From contig JBBRSP010000024.1 in assembly GCA_038245295.1 (NCBI GenBank), positions 20,877-84,876 on the forward strand: a stretch of DNA of 64,000 bases. Direction: 5' to 3'. Source of the DNA: Candidatus Binatia bacterium. GTDB taxonomy: Bacteria; Desulfobacterota; Binatia; HRBIN30. Under the pieces are notes generated by a model, which did no database searches, had not been told where the DNA came from, and was given only the letters and a program-made list of their open reading frames with translations. The first letter of the stretch is position 1, and every line of letters starts with the position of its first letter. A program made the position numbers and the translations under genes. This document shows positions 1 to 9,208 of the stretch, piece by piece.

Positions 1-259
1 ACGCCGAAAATATCCCGAGGCTGATGGCGACACTGACGGTGAGCTCGTCCACCGTCACTGCACCGTCCACGTTGCAATCCCCAGGGCAGGCAGGTTGCTG
101 CGCCGTCCGATCCCACTGCCATGAAGTTGGCTCAGCGCCGTCCGTTCCCGGGCGCATCTCGCGCACCAGATGCGCCCCGTTCACCGCTGCTGCAGGTGTT
201 GCCCCCCCGACTAACAGCGCGACAAGCAGCACCGAGGCGGCATAGTTGGACGCTTTCAC
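1..259 (-). CDS. Secreted protein with dockerin-like domain (partial, runs off the left edge)
   Basis: Hand translation from GTG at 259: MKASNYAASVLLVALLVGGATPAAA (signal peptide)...CPGDCNVDGAVTVDELTVSVAISLG. Not in the ORF track because the stop lies outside the window. Confidence 0.7.
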   Translation of the reverse strand, partial: MKASNYAASVLLVALLVGGATPAAAVNGAHLVREMRPGTDGAEPTSWQWDRTAQQPACPGDCNVDGAVTVDELTVSVAISLGIFSA

Positions 260-420
260 GATCCGTGTATGCGCCGTTCGCGCGGGCGTCTCGAGTTGGA
301 ATCGAGCAATTCGTAGTGAGGAAGGAGGCAGCGTATTGCGCCCGGCGTGCCGAGGGTCGCGCCGGGCGCGGTTCGGCGTCACAGCCGACGTGCGCCAAGA
401 AGACGCGATCGTCCTTCATA

Positions 421-474
421 GCGGGCGCGCTTTTGAGGCGGCCGAGTCTGACTTCACCACGAAGAGCACGACGC
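421..474. repeat. Left arm of a perfect 54-bp inverted repeat (partner 1113-1166)
   Basis: 421-474 is the exact reverse complement of 1113-1166. Confidence 0.9.
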
Positions 475-647
475 TGGCTGTGGCCCACAACCCAACCCGA
501 GGGCTCGCTGCCAAAGATGAATGGGATGAACACAGATGGCTTGCCAACGGCCATGGTCTGCATCTGTGTAACAGACGTTCCAAATCTTGTCGGTGCGCGA
601 AGATTTTCTCGGTGCCGTATTTTGTCACCCCGTCATCCCGGCGAAAG

Positions 648-801
648 AGTGTGTCGATTTACTCGGAAACCATCTTCGAAACCGAACAGACCCGTCATAC
701 CGGCGAAAGCCGGTATCTCGCCAGCTTCCGACGCTTCCAGCGCTGGGAGATCCCGGTTTTCACCGGGATGACGTTGCTCCACTGTGGTTTTACGACACAC
801 T
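648..801. mobile_element. MITE inserted in a CGTC-type REP hairpin (host REP doublet 631-871)
   Basis: TIR agtgtgtcg...cgacacact; CGAAAG direct repeats at 642-647 and 802-807; near copies at 28933-29090 and 37459-37616. Confidence 0.75.
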
Positions 802-1112
802 CGAAAGCCGGGATCTCCTCGGCCGGAATCGCAGAAATGCTGAGGAGATTCCGGCTTTCGCCGGAATGACGGAGGTAGGGCTGGTTGGCCTGAGTTGGCT
901 CCGGCTGGAAGCTGGGCTCTGTCCATCTGTGGCAAAGAACCGCTGGGTGGTTCGAGGATGGCTCAATCGCCGCAGGACGCGCAATTTAACAGGATGGGCA
1001 GGACATACACGATGAACACGACAACAACGCGTCCCCTGTTCCATCCTGTTTATCCTGTCCATCCTGTTGAATTCGTTCTGCGGGGCGTGGGGTTAGGTTG
1101 CGGGCAAAGCCC

Positions 1113-1166
1113 GCGTCGTGCTCTTCGTGGTGAAGTCAGACTCGGCCGCCTCAAAAGCGCGCCCGC
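1113..1166. repeat. Right arm of the 54-bp inverted repeat, overlapping the 3' end of the TonB-dependent receptor gene
   Basis: Reverse complement of 421-474. Confidence 0.9.
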
Positions 1167-3286
1167 ACCCCGCCGTAGCCCATGAGCGGTGTGCCGTTCT
1201 TGAAGATGCCGCCACCGCGGTCGACGATGTATTGCCGGTCGAGAAGGTTCTCGGCGGCGAGGAACACTTCGCCATCGATCACCGGCAGCCGGCGCGACAG
1301 GTAGCCATTGAGGATGAAGAAGTTCGGCAGGCGTTCGCGGTTCTCGGCGTCTTCGTACTGATCATCGACGAAGCGTCCTTCGAGGCCGATGGTGAACCAT
1401 TCCGGGTTGTCGTAACGCGCGCCTGTGGTGAAGGCGTGGCGTGGAATCTGGGCTAGGCGCTTTCCTTTCAGTTGCAGGATCGGCTCGCCGTTTTCCGCTT
1501 CGTCGGGCAACAAGCCGCGACGCGCTGCCGCCTGGGTGAGGGTGGCGTCGGCGAACAGGTAGCTGCCCGACAGCGTCACGTGCGGTAGCGGCTCGTAGAC
1601 TCCTTCAACCTCGGCGCCGACGGTGCGTGCCAATCCGAGGTTCTTGCGCGTGCGCTCCGTCACCACACCTTCCTCATTGATCTGGGTGTCGACGTTTACG
1701 ATCGGGTCTTCGACCTCGTTCCAGAACCCTGTGGCGCGAATGTCGAGGTTGTCGAGCAACGGCAGGTCGACGCCGCCCTCGGCGCCGTTCAAGTGTTCGG
1801 CACTGAGACTCGGATTGTTGAGGATCTGCAACTCTTCCACTTCGCTGCGCCGATAGAGCTCGGCCATCGTCGGAGCGCGAAAGGCGCGATAGGCGGCGGC
1901 GCGCAGTGAGACCCAACGGGCGGCGCGGTACAGGGCGCTCAAGCGTGGGCTGAACGACGCTTCCGACTTGCTGGCGAACGCGGTTCGACTCGCCGGGGCA
2001 TCGTCGGGCGCCACGTCGAGACGACCGTCGTAGTTGGTCCACACGTCGACGCGCCCGCCGAGGGCAAACTCCCAGCGCTCGGCCGGTGTGTAGATGCTTT
2101 GCACGAAGATGCCGGTGAGGAGTTGCTTGCCGCGCGCCCGTTGGCGTTCTTCGACGTCGCAGCCCGCCTCATCAAAGTGTGCATCGCGATTCTCGCCGTC
2201 GATGAAATGCAGATCTAACCCGGCGGTCACCAGCAGCCGCTTCTGCACGACACGCGACCACACCAGCGAGCCACCGACGTCGGTGTATGGTGTCTCTTGA
2301 TACAGCGTCCGGTGTTCCGTGGTGCGCAGCGCGTCGGCTTCGGAGAACTGGATATCGAAACTTTGTAGCCGCGAGAAGATACCGAGTCGCCAGTCGCTAC
2401 CGTCGTCGGTGTGCGCCACACCGCTAAGGTCGATGAGCCCGGCGTTGGTCGAGCTGTGGCGCAAATGTGTTCCGTCGCGGTGTTCTTCGTCGAAGTACTG
2501 ACCGTGCAACGAGACGGAAGCGTCGGGTCCAACGGCGTAGCCGACGCGGCCGTTGAACGTTTCGTGGCGCGAGCTCGATTCACCATCGATGGGGCCACGC
2601 TGATCGGGGCGCGTCGTGTTGAACCCATCCGTATTGAAGAAATCGCCGCCCAGGCCGAGGGTGAAGTCGCCGTGACGGCCGCTCAACGCGACGCTGTCGT
2701 CGGTGAGCCCGTGGGTTCCATAGGTTGCCTTCACGGCGGCGCCGTTGCTCGTCGGTTGGCGCGTGAAGATGTTGATCACGCCGGCCATCGCGTAGTTACC
2801 CCATAGGCTGGCACCGGCGCCGCGCATGACTTCGATGCGTTCGATCGAATCCTTGGGGACCTTGCTCCAGTTGACGGTTCCATCGAAGCCATCGACCAGG
2901 GGCACACCGTCAACCAGCACGAGGGCCCGACTGGCACCGCTTGGCCCGATGCCGCGTAGGGTGACGCCCTGGGCTTCCGGGTCGAGATTTGGACTGGTGA
3001 CCATGCTGCTCGAGCGCCGGTACAGACTGAACCCGGGGATAGTGCGCAGGACGTCGTCGACCGCGACATTGGCGGAGGTTTCGACGTCGCGCTGATCCAG
3101 AACCGTCGTGCTCGTCCCCGCGGCCGTGGTCGCGAGATCGCTGCGGGTGGCGGTGACGACGACGGGCTCGAGGCGCAGCGCGTCGGCCGGCTGCCGTTCC
3201 GATTCGGCACGACTCCCCCCGGCGATAGCGGCAAGCACGACTGGGATCACGACAACCCGTGTCACGCGTACAAACTCCACCCTCAC
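1151..3286 (-). CDS. TonB-dependent outer membrane receptor
   Basis: Signal peptide, TonB box-like EPVVVTATR, plug motifs (LVLVDGVP, IERIEVMRG..SLWG), AENLLDRQY, C-terminal Phe. Confidence 0.93.
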   Translation of the reverse strand: MRVEFVRVTRVVVIPVVLAAIAGGSRAESERQPADALRLEPVVVTATRSDLATTAAGTSTTVLDQRDVETSANVAVDDVLRTIPGFSLYRRSSSMVTSPNLDPEAQGVTLRGIGPSGASRALVLVDGVPLVDGFDGTVNWSKVPKDSIERIEVMRGAGASLWGNYAMAGVINIFTRQPTSNGAAVKATYGTHGLTDDSVALSGRHGDFTLGLGGDFFNTDGFNTTRPDQRGPIDGESSSRHETFNGRVGYAVGPDASVSLHGQYFDEEHRDGTHLRHSSTNAGLIDLSGVAHTDDGSDWRLGIFSRLQSFDIQFSEADALRTTEHRTLYQETPYTDVGGSLVWSRVVQKRLLVTAGLDLHFIDGENRDAHFDEAGCDVEERQRARGKQLLTGIFVQSIYTPAERWEFALGGRVDVWTNYDGRLDVAPDDAPASRTAFASKSEASFSPRLSALYRAARWVSLRAAAYRAFRAPTMAELYRRSEVEELQILNNPSLSAEHLNGAEGGVDLPLLDNLDIRATGFWNEVEDPIVNVDTQINEEGVVTERTRKNLGLARTVGAEVEGVYEPLPHVTLSGSYLFADATLTQAAARRGLLPDEAENGEPILQLKGKRLAQIPRHAFTTGARYDNPEWFTIGLEGRFVDDQYEDAENRERLPNFFILNGYLSRRLPVIDGEVFLAAENLLDRQYIVDRGGGIFKNGTPLMGYGGVRARF

Positions 3287-3368
3287 CTCCCGAGCTAAGC
3301 AACGAGGGTGCGTTCTATGCCAAGACCATGCTGCGGATCAAATGGCAGCGGTGGAGGCGGCCTCTCAG

Positions 3369-3440
3369 CGCAGGCTCAAGCCTGCGCCTACCATGTGGCG
3401 TTTCAGGGTGTGTATCGGTAGGCGCAAGCTCCAGCTTGCG
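3369..3440. repeat. GTAG-type REP doublet
   Basis: cgcaggctcaagcctgcgcctacc with inverted ggtaggcgcaagctccagcttgcg; same family at 6321-6455, 56786-56860 and 63838-64000. Confidence 0.75.
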
Positions 3441-3508
3441 CCGCGGAATCGCCAAACCCGAAGCGCGGGCGTCAGCGGTTCTCGAACCGCCACGGCCGCG
3501 CTAGTCTG

Positions 3509-4195
3509 ATGCGCATGGTGAAGCTCATGTTCTTCTGTCGTCGGCGCGCCGACATTACACACGATCAATATGTGGACATGCTGCTGCGCGACCATGTGCC
3601 GTTGGCTCTGCGCCACCATCCGAGTATGCTGCGCTACACGGTGAACATCGTCGAGCTGTCGCCGAGTGAGGCGGAGGCGGACAGCATCGGCGAGCTTTAC
3701 TTCGACAAACTGAGCGACTTCCACGAGCGACTCTACGATTCACCGGCCGGCGAGAAAATCATTGCGGCCGACGTGCAGCGCTTCATGGGGCACGCTGATG
3801 CCTACGTCACCATGGAGCATATTCAGAAGGACGAGCAGCGGCCACCGGTGATGGGACAAGAATCGCCGTCGGTGAAGATGGTCTTCCCGATGCGTCGGCG
3901 CGCCGACATCACACATGACCAGTTTGTCGACCACTGGTTGGGCACGCACGCACCGCTAGCGTGCAAGCATCATCCTGGTCTGAGCAAGTACGTCACCAAC
4001 GTCGTCGACGCGCGCCTGTCGCCAAATAGTCCCGAGTGGGATGGCATCGCCGAGTTGCATTTCCCGAGCCTCGAAGCGCTGGCGACCGGCATGTTCGACT
4101 CGCCCGCCGGCGAAGCGATCATACGCGCCGATATCGAGCGCTTCATTGGGCCGATGTCGACCTACCGCGTGCGCGAGTTCGTGCAGCGTCGGTGA
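3509..4195 (+). CDS. Protein with two tandem EthD domains
   Basis: Two internal repeats of RRRADITHDQ...H.PLA..HHP...Y..N.V...D.I.EL.F. Confidence 0.85.
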   Translation: MRMVKLMFFCRRRADITHDQYVDMLLRDHVPLALRHHPSMLRYTVNIVELSPSEAEADSIGELYFDKLSDFHERLYDSPAGEKIIAADVQRFMGHADAYVTMEHIQKDEQRPPVMGQESPSVKMVFPMRRRADITHDQFVDHWLGTHAPLACKHHPGLSKYVTNVVDARLSPNSPEWDGIAELHFPSLEALATGMFDSPAGEAIIRADIERFIGPMSTYRVREFVQRR

Positions 4196-4201
4196 TTCGC
4201 A

Positions 4202-4951
4202 ATGGCCCGCGTTCTCATTCCTCTCCCCGATCGCGACTTCGACGTTACCGAAGTGGCCGTCCCGTGGCGCCTGCTGACGCGTGCCGGACACGTCATCGCG
4301 TTTTGCACTGAGAGCGGCGGCGCGACGCCGCAAGCTGATCCGCTGTTGCTCACGGGAGTCATCTTTGGCCAACTCGGCGCTGAACCCGAGCCGTGCACCT
4401 TCTATCGCGAACTGCAGCAGGACGACGCTTTTCGCCAGCCGTTGTCCTGGGGGACAGTCGACCTCGCCGCGTATGACGGTCTGCTGCTGCCCGGAGGCCA
4501 CGCACCGGGCATGCGTCAGTATCTTGGTTCTACCACGCTACAGCAACGCGTCGCCGAGTTCTGGGCTCTGCAACGTCCCGTCGGCGCAATCTGTCATGGC
4601 GTGTTGTTGCTGGCGCGATCGAAGGATGCGGCGACCGGTAAGAGTGTCCTTTGGAACAAGCGCACTACCTCTCTGACCAAGATCCAGGAGCGCACGGCGT
4701 ATTGGCTGACGGCGTGGAAGTTGGGTCGCTACTACCGCACGTATCCGGCCTACGTCGAGGACGAGGTCAAGTCGCTGCTCGCGAATCCCGCGCAACAATT
4801 CCAGCGCGGCCCGATCAGCCTGACGCAGCGCGATACACAGGAGAATAACGAGCCGGCGTTCGTCGTGGTCGACGATAACTACGTCTCGGCGCGCTGGCCG
4901 GGTGATGCCTACACCTTCGTTCGCACCTTTGAGCGAATGCTGCCGCCTTGA
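4202..4951 (+). CDS. DJ-1/PfpI family (class I glutamine amidotransferase-like) protein
   Basis: DFDVTEVAVPW, LLPGGHAPG, GAICHG nucleophile elbow. Confidence 0.88.
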   Translation: MARVLIPLPDRDFDVTEVAVPWRLLTRAGHVIAFCTESGGATPQADPLLLTGVIFGQLGAEPEPCTFYRELQQDDAFRQPLSWGTVDLAAYDGLLLPGGHAPGMRQYLGSTTLQQRVAEFWALQRPVGAICHGVLLLARSKDAATGKSVLWNKRTTSLTKIQERTAYWLTAWKLGRYYRTYPAYVEDEVKSLLANPAQQFQRGPISLTQRDTQENNEPAFVVVDDNYVSARWPGDAYTFVRTFERMLPP

Positions 4952-5007
4952 GACCTCAGCCGTGTGCGTCCGGCGTCGAGGGCGCGCCGTTTACCGCGCC
5001 GTCGGCC

Positions 5008-5149
5008 GGATGCGGACCCTCACCCTAACCCTCTCCCACGGCCGACGATTCGATTGGAGGTGGGAGAGGGGACTCGCGGGACACTCCCTCTCCCGCCACG
5101 TTTGGAATCACAGACGGCGGGAGAGGGTCGGGGTGAGGGCGCGCAATGG
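5008..5149. repeat. REP doublet (CCCTCACCC..CCCTCTCCC family), left direct repeat flanking the DUF559 gene
   Basis: About 142 bp, near-identical to 5547-5688, internally palindromic. Confidence 0.85.
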
Positions 5150-5198
5150 ATTCCTTGCAGCCATTGCGGCTGGCACACCGCCACAACATCATCCGAGG

Positions 5199-5567
5199 AT
5201 GAATCACCCCGATCGCACAGCGCGTGCGCGTGTCCTTCGGCACAACCAGACGGACGCCGAATCGCTTCTCTGGCGGCATCTGCGCGCTCGCCAGCTGGCC
5301 TCGGCTAAGTTCCGGCGCCAACACGTTATTGGGCGCTTCACCGTGGACTTCTGCTGCGTCGAGCACAGGCTCGTTATCGAGGTCGACGGTGGCGGTCATG
5401 CCGATCGCGCGGCATATGACACGGAGCGGACTCGCTGTCTCGAAGTCTGTGGGTTTCGGGTGATTCGATTCTGGAACCATGAGGTTCTCACCTCACTAAA
5501 TGCGGTGCTTGAGCAGATCCTCGACTGCCTGACCGGGCCATCGCCAGGATGCGGGCCCTCACCCTAA
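5199..5567 (+). CDS. DUF559 (Vsr-like) endonuclease domain protein
   Basis: ARVLRHNQTDAESLLWRHLR, KFRRQHVIG.FTVDF, LVIEVDGGGH, GFRVIRFWN; ATG at 5199 after GAGG. Confidence 0.88.
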   Translation: MNHPDRTARARVLRHNQTDAESLLWRHLRARQLASAKFRRQHVIGRFTVDFCCVEHRLVIEVDGGGHADRAAYDTERTRCLEVCGFRVIRFWNHEVLTSLNAVLEQILDCLTGPSPGCGPSP

Positions 5568-5688
5568 CCCTCTCCCACGGTCGACGATTCGATTGGAGGT
5601 GGGAGAGGGGACTGTGCGACCGCTCCCTCTCCCGCCACGTTTGGAATCAACGATGGCGGGAGAGGGTCGGGGTGAGGGCACGCATTGG
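5547..5688. repeat. REP doublet, right direct repeat flanking the DUF559 gene
   Basis: Near-identical to 5008-5149; supplies the TAA stop of DUF559. Confidence 0.85.
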
Positions 5689-5753
5689 GTCCACTCGAGG
5701 CTCGCGAAATCGGAGCGCGTCGCGTAGATTCGCGGCGACAGGAGGCCGATCGC

Positions 5754-6041
5754 ATGTGTCGCAACATCAAGACGCTCTTCAATTTCGAGCCGCCGGTGAC
5801 GCACGAGGAGGTGCACGCCGCTGCCTTGCAATTCGTGCGCAAGATCAGCGGCTTCACCAGACCCTCGAAAGCCAACGAGGGGATCTTCCTCGCTGCGGTG
5901 GAAGACATTGCCCATATCGCCGAGCATTTTCTCGATTCACTCGAGTCGAATTCGGCGCCCAAGAATCGTCAAGAAGAGGCGGCGAAAGCCAAGGCGCGCG
6001 CCGCGGTGCGGTTTGGTGGGGAGAAGCGGAAGAGTGGCTAA
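5754..6041 (+). CDS. DUF2277 family protein
   Basis: MCRNIKTLFNFEPP...AAALQFVRKISGF signature; AGGAGG RBS. Confidence 0.88.
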   Translation: MCRNIKTLFNFEPPVTHEEVHAAALQFVRKISGFTRPSKANEGIFLAAVEDIAHIAEHFLDSLESNSAPKNRQEEAAKAKARAAVRFGGEKRKSG

Positions 6042-6042
6042 A

Positions 6043-6279
6043 CTAGGCTGCGGCGACGGCCGCGCGGCCCAGGTCGGTTAGCGAAAACACGGCGGTTGGG
6101 TCGTCGAAGACAACCAAGCCATCCTTAACCAGGCCCTCCATCAGCTCGGAGAACGCCTGATGCCCGGCCTGGTAGAATACCAGGCTGTGCGTGTGCAGCT
6201 CGCGCATCGGTATGGCGCCGCCCTTCTTCAGGATGAACTTCATCAGTCCTTGACGTGCCGCTTGCGGGTCGGTGGTCAT
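6043..6279 (-). CDS. Small hypothetical protein, possible winged helix
   Basis: GAGGAG RBS; C-terminal LVKDGLV...FSLTDLGR resembles a wHTH wing. Confidence 0.6.
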   Translation of the reverse strand: MTTDPQAARQGLMKFILKKGGAIPMRELHTHSLVFYQAGHQAFSELMEGLVKDGLVVFDDPTAVFSLTDLGRAAVAAA

Positions 6280-6320
6280 GGGCGATCTCCTCGCACGAAG
6301 CTGTCGCCTCGTCGAGACCG

Positions 6321-6455
6321 CGCAGGCTAAAGACCTGCGCCCACCCCGCTCGCAGCGCCGCGGTGGGCCACACGGCGCAGGCTAAAGACCTGCGCCTACC
6401 TCCGACCCGGCGCGCATCGGCATTCGTTCCAGGTAGGCGCAAGCTTCAGCTTGCG
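6321..6455. repeat. Cluster of three GTAG-type REP hairpins
   Basis: cgcaggctaaagacctgcgcc(c/t)acc twice plus inverted ggtaggcgcaagcttcagcttgcg. Confidence 0.75.
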
Positions 6456-6517
6456 GAGAAAGGCACGGGCCGTCATGCCTTTCGCGTCGCCACGATTCGT
6501 GTGTTAGCTTCGCCGTC

Positions 6518-7369
6518 ATGCGCGTTGTCGGAATTGTCGCCAAACGGGGCTCGCTGCAGGCCGAAGAGCTGGCGCGGCAGCTGGTCGACTGGCTGCTGCA
6601 GAAACAGTGCACGCCGTTGACGGAGAACGATGATGCGGCGCCGTTGCCGCCGGCGGAAGCCGTCTCGAAACACGCCATGATCGAGCGCGCCGATCTCATC
6701 GTCGCCCTGGGAGGCGACGGCACGTTGCTCAGCGTCGCACGGGTGATGGACGAGCGCGCCGTGCCCATCCTTGGCGTAAATCTCGGCGGCCTCGGCTTTC
6801 TTACCGGTTTCACCGTCGAAGAGCTGTTCCCGGCCATGCAGCGTTGGCTCGATGGGACGGTGGTGATCGACGAGCGCATGACCTTGCAGGTGTCGTTGGT
6901 GCGCGATGGCCATACGATCGAGCAGCGGTTTGTGCTGAACGAAGCAGTGGTCAACAAGGGGGCGTTGTCGCGAGTCATCGATATCGAGACCACCGTCGAT
7001 GGCCTCGAGCTCTGCACCTACAAGGCCGATGGTCTTATCGTCACGACGCCCACCGGCTCGACGGCCTACTCCCTGGCCGCCGGCGGTCCCATCGTTCATC
7101 CTTCGGTTGGCGTCATGGTGCTGTCGCCGATTTGTCCGCACTCACTCACCTATCGGCCGCTGGTTCTGGCCGACACCGCGGTTGTCCGCATCATGGCGCG
7201 GTCGCCGGATGAAGACGTCTTCCTGACCCTCGATGGGCAAGCTCCGATTCCGATGCGCGGTCGGGATATCGTCGAGATTCGCAAAGGCTCGGCGCGCATC
7301 CCGTTGGTGCGCTCGGATCGCGGCTACTTTGAACGGCTGCGCAGCAAGCTGCGCTGGGGCGAGCGCTGA
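6518..7369 (+). CDS. nadK: NAD kinase
   Basis: GGDGT, GVNLGGLGFL, LNE, DGLIVTTPTGSTAYSLAAGG; upstream of recN. Confidence 0.96.
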   Translation: MRVVGIVAKRGSLQAEELARQLVDWLLQKQCTPLTENDDAAPLPPAEAVSKHAMIERADLIVALGGDGTLLSVARVMDERAVPILGVNLGGLGFLTGFTVEELFPAMQRWLDGTVVIDERMTLQVSLVRDGHTIEQRFVLNEAVVNKGALSRVIDIETTVDGLELCTYKADGLIVTTPTGSTAYSLAAGGPIVHPSVGVMVLSPICPHSLTYRPLVLADTAVVRIMARSPDEDVFLTLDGQAPIPMRGRDIVEIRKGSARIPLVRSDRGYFERLRSKLRWGER

Positions 7370-7375
7370 GCATCG

Positions 7376-9067
7376 ATGCTGCGGTCGTTGCGTATCAGTA
7401 ATGTCGCCATCGTCGACGAGCTGGAGATCAGCCTGGCGCCGGGCCTCAACGTGCTCACAGGTGAAACCGGTGCCGGTAAGAGTATCATCACCCGCGCCAT
7501 CGGCTTGTTGTGTGGGGAGCGCGCCTACACCGATCTGATTCGCACGGAATCCGACGAGGCGGAGATCGAAGGTCTCTTCGATCTGGCTCCCAGCGAGGTC
7601 GCCTTGCTCACCGATGCCGGCATCGCGGCGGCCGACGAGTTGCTCATTCGCCGCACCATCCAGCGCTCCGGCAAAGGCAAAGTGTGGATCAACGGCAGCC
7701 TGGCGACGGCGACGATGCTGGCCCAACTCGGGCGCGCCCTCATCCATCTGTACGGCCAACACGAGCAGACGCTGCTCCTGAAGAGTGAGAATCATCTCGA
7801 CGTCCTCGACGAGTTCGGCAGAGTCGGTGCCGAGCGTCTGTCGATGGCCGCAACGTATGCGTCCTTTCGCGAGGCAGCCGATCGACTGACCAAAGCGAAA
7901 TCGAGCGGCGACGCGGCGCGCCAGCGCGCCGAGCTGTTGCGTTTCCAGAGCCAGGAGCTGCGCTCGGCGAACATCGCGGCGGGTGAAGAGACGTCGTTGC
8001 AACAAGAACGCGAACGCCTGCGCCATGCCGAGAAGCTCGGCCGCGCTTGCCAGGATGGCGAGGAGGCCCTCTACGCCAGCGACGATGCGATCGTCAGCGC
8101 CATCGGACGTGTGGCGGCGCAGGTCGAAGAAGCGACACGCATTGATGCCGAATTCAAAGCCCCTGGTGACCTGCTGCGCCAGGCGAGCATGCAAATCGAG
8201 GAAGCGGCTCTGCAGCTGCGACGCATCGGCGGGCACATCCACGATGACCCGGAACGCCTGGCGGAGATCGAAGAACGTCTGGCCCTGATCAGCCGGTTAC
8301 GCCGCAAGTATGACTGTGACGCCGACGTACTGGCCGTGCGACTGGCGACTGTCTCTGACGAGCTCGACGAGCTCGACGCGCTGACCTCGGATCTCGGCGG
8401 CGTGGAAGAGACGGTACGAGAACGGGCGGCGACGGCGTGGGATTCGGCGCGTGCCTTGTCGACGGCGCGACAGAGCGCCGCGAAGAAGCTCGAGCGTCAG
8501 ATGGCCAAGGAGCTTGGTGTGCTCGGCATGGAGGGTGGCGTGTTTCGCGTCGTCTTCACTGTCCGCGGTAGCGATGGGCCGCCGACGGGTGCCGACACGT
8601 CCGGCCTCACCAATCTTGGTGCCGACGTCGTCGAGTTCTATCTTTCCGCCAACCCCGGTGAAGATCCTAAGCCGCTGGCGCGCATTGCCTCAGGCGGCGA
8701 GCTGTCGCGCATCATGCTGGCGCTCAAGACGCTGACGTCGAGCCACGGTGAGGACGCGACGCTGATCTTCGACGAGGTCGATGCCGGGATCGGCGGTACG
8801 GTCGCCGATGCCGTCGGCAAGCGTCTGCAGATCCTGGGCAAGTCGCGCCAGATCCTCTGCATCACCCACCTGCCGCAAATTGCCGCCCTCGCCGACCATC
8901 ATTTTGGCGTCCAGAAACAGGTGGCGCGCGGCCGCACGACGAGTCAGGCGCGCGCCTTGGAAGGCGACGATCGCGTTCGCGAGATCGCCCGCATGCTGGG
9001 CGGCAATGACAGCGATTCGGAGCGTTACGCGCGCCGGCTACTCAATCCTGGCGGCAAACGTGCCTAG
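7376..9067 (+). CDS. recN: DNA repair protein RecN
   Basis: Walker A TGETGAGKS, ASGGELSR, FDEVDAGIGG, CITHLPQIA. Confidence 0.97.
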   Translation: MLRSLRISNVAIVDELEISLAPGLNVLTGETGAGKSIITRAIGLLCGERAYTDLIRTESDEAEIEGLFDLAPSEVALLTDAGIAAADELLIRRTIQRSGKGKVWINGSLATATMLAQLGRALIHLYGQHEQTLLLKSENHLDVLDEFGRVGAERLSMAATYASFREAADRLTKAKSSGDAARQRAELLRFQSQELRSANIAAGEETSLQQERERLRHAEKLGRACQDGEEALYASDDAIVSAIGRVAAQVEEATRIDAEFKAPGDLLRQASMQIEEAALQLRRIGGHIHDDPERLAEIEERLALISRLRRKYDCDADVLAVRLATVSDELDELDALTSDLGGVEETVRERAATAWDSARALSTARQSAAKKLERQMAKELGVLGMEGGVFRVVFTVRGSDGPPTGADTSGLTNLGADVVEFYLSANPGEDPKPLARIASGGELSRIMLALKTLTSSHGEDATLIFDEVDAGIGGTVADAVGKRLQILGKSRQILCITHLPQIAALADHHFGVQKQVARGRTTSQARALEGDDRVREIARMLGGNDSDSERYARRLLNPGGKRA

Positions 9068-9208
9068 GGGCGGAAATCCTTTTCCAAGTGCGCGGTCGAG
9101 TCGTCTTGACATGTTTGTGGCCGCCGACGTACTTAGGCGGCCATTGCAAGTCGAATTGGTTGATCGCGCACGCGGGCGGGGCAAACTCCGTCTGACGTAA
9201 GGAGGGCG

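Noticed and set aside
246..1185. ORFs across the repeat region (also 10242-10734, 28859-29219, 37394-37761)
   Set aside because: They translate REP/MITE sequence (recurrent VIPAKAGI / RHTGESRYL peptides) and are not genes
6321..6455. Repeat-spacer-repeat pattern resembling a mini CRISPR
   Set aside because: Only two direct copies plus an inverted one; they match the dispersed GTAG REP family; no cas genes
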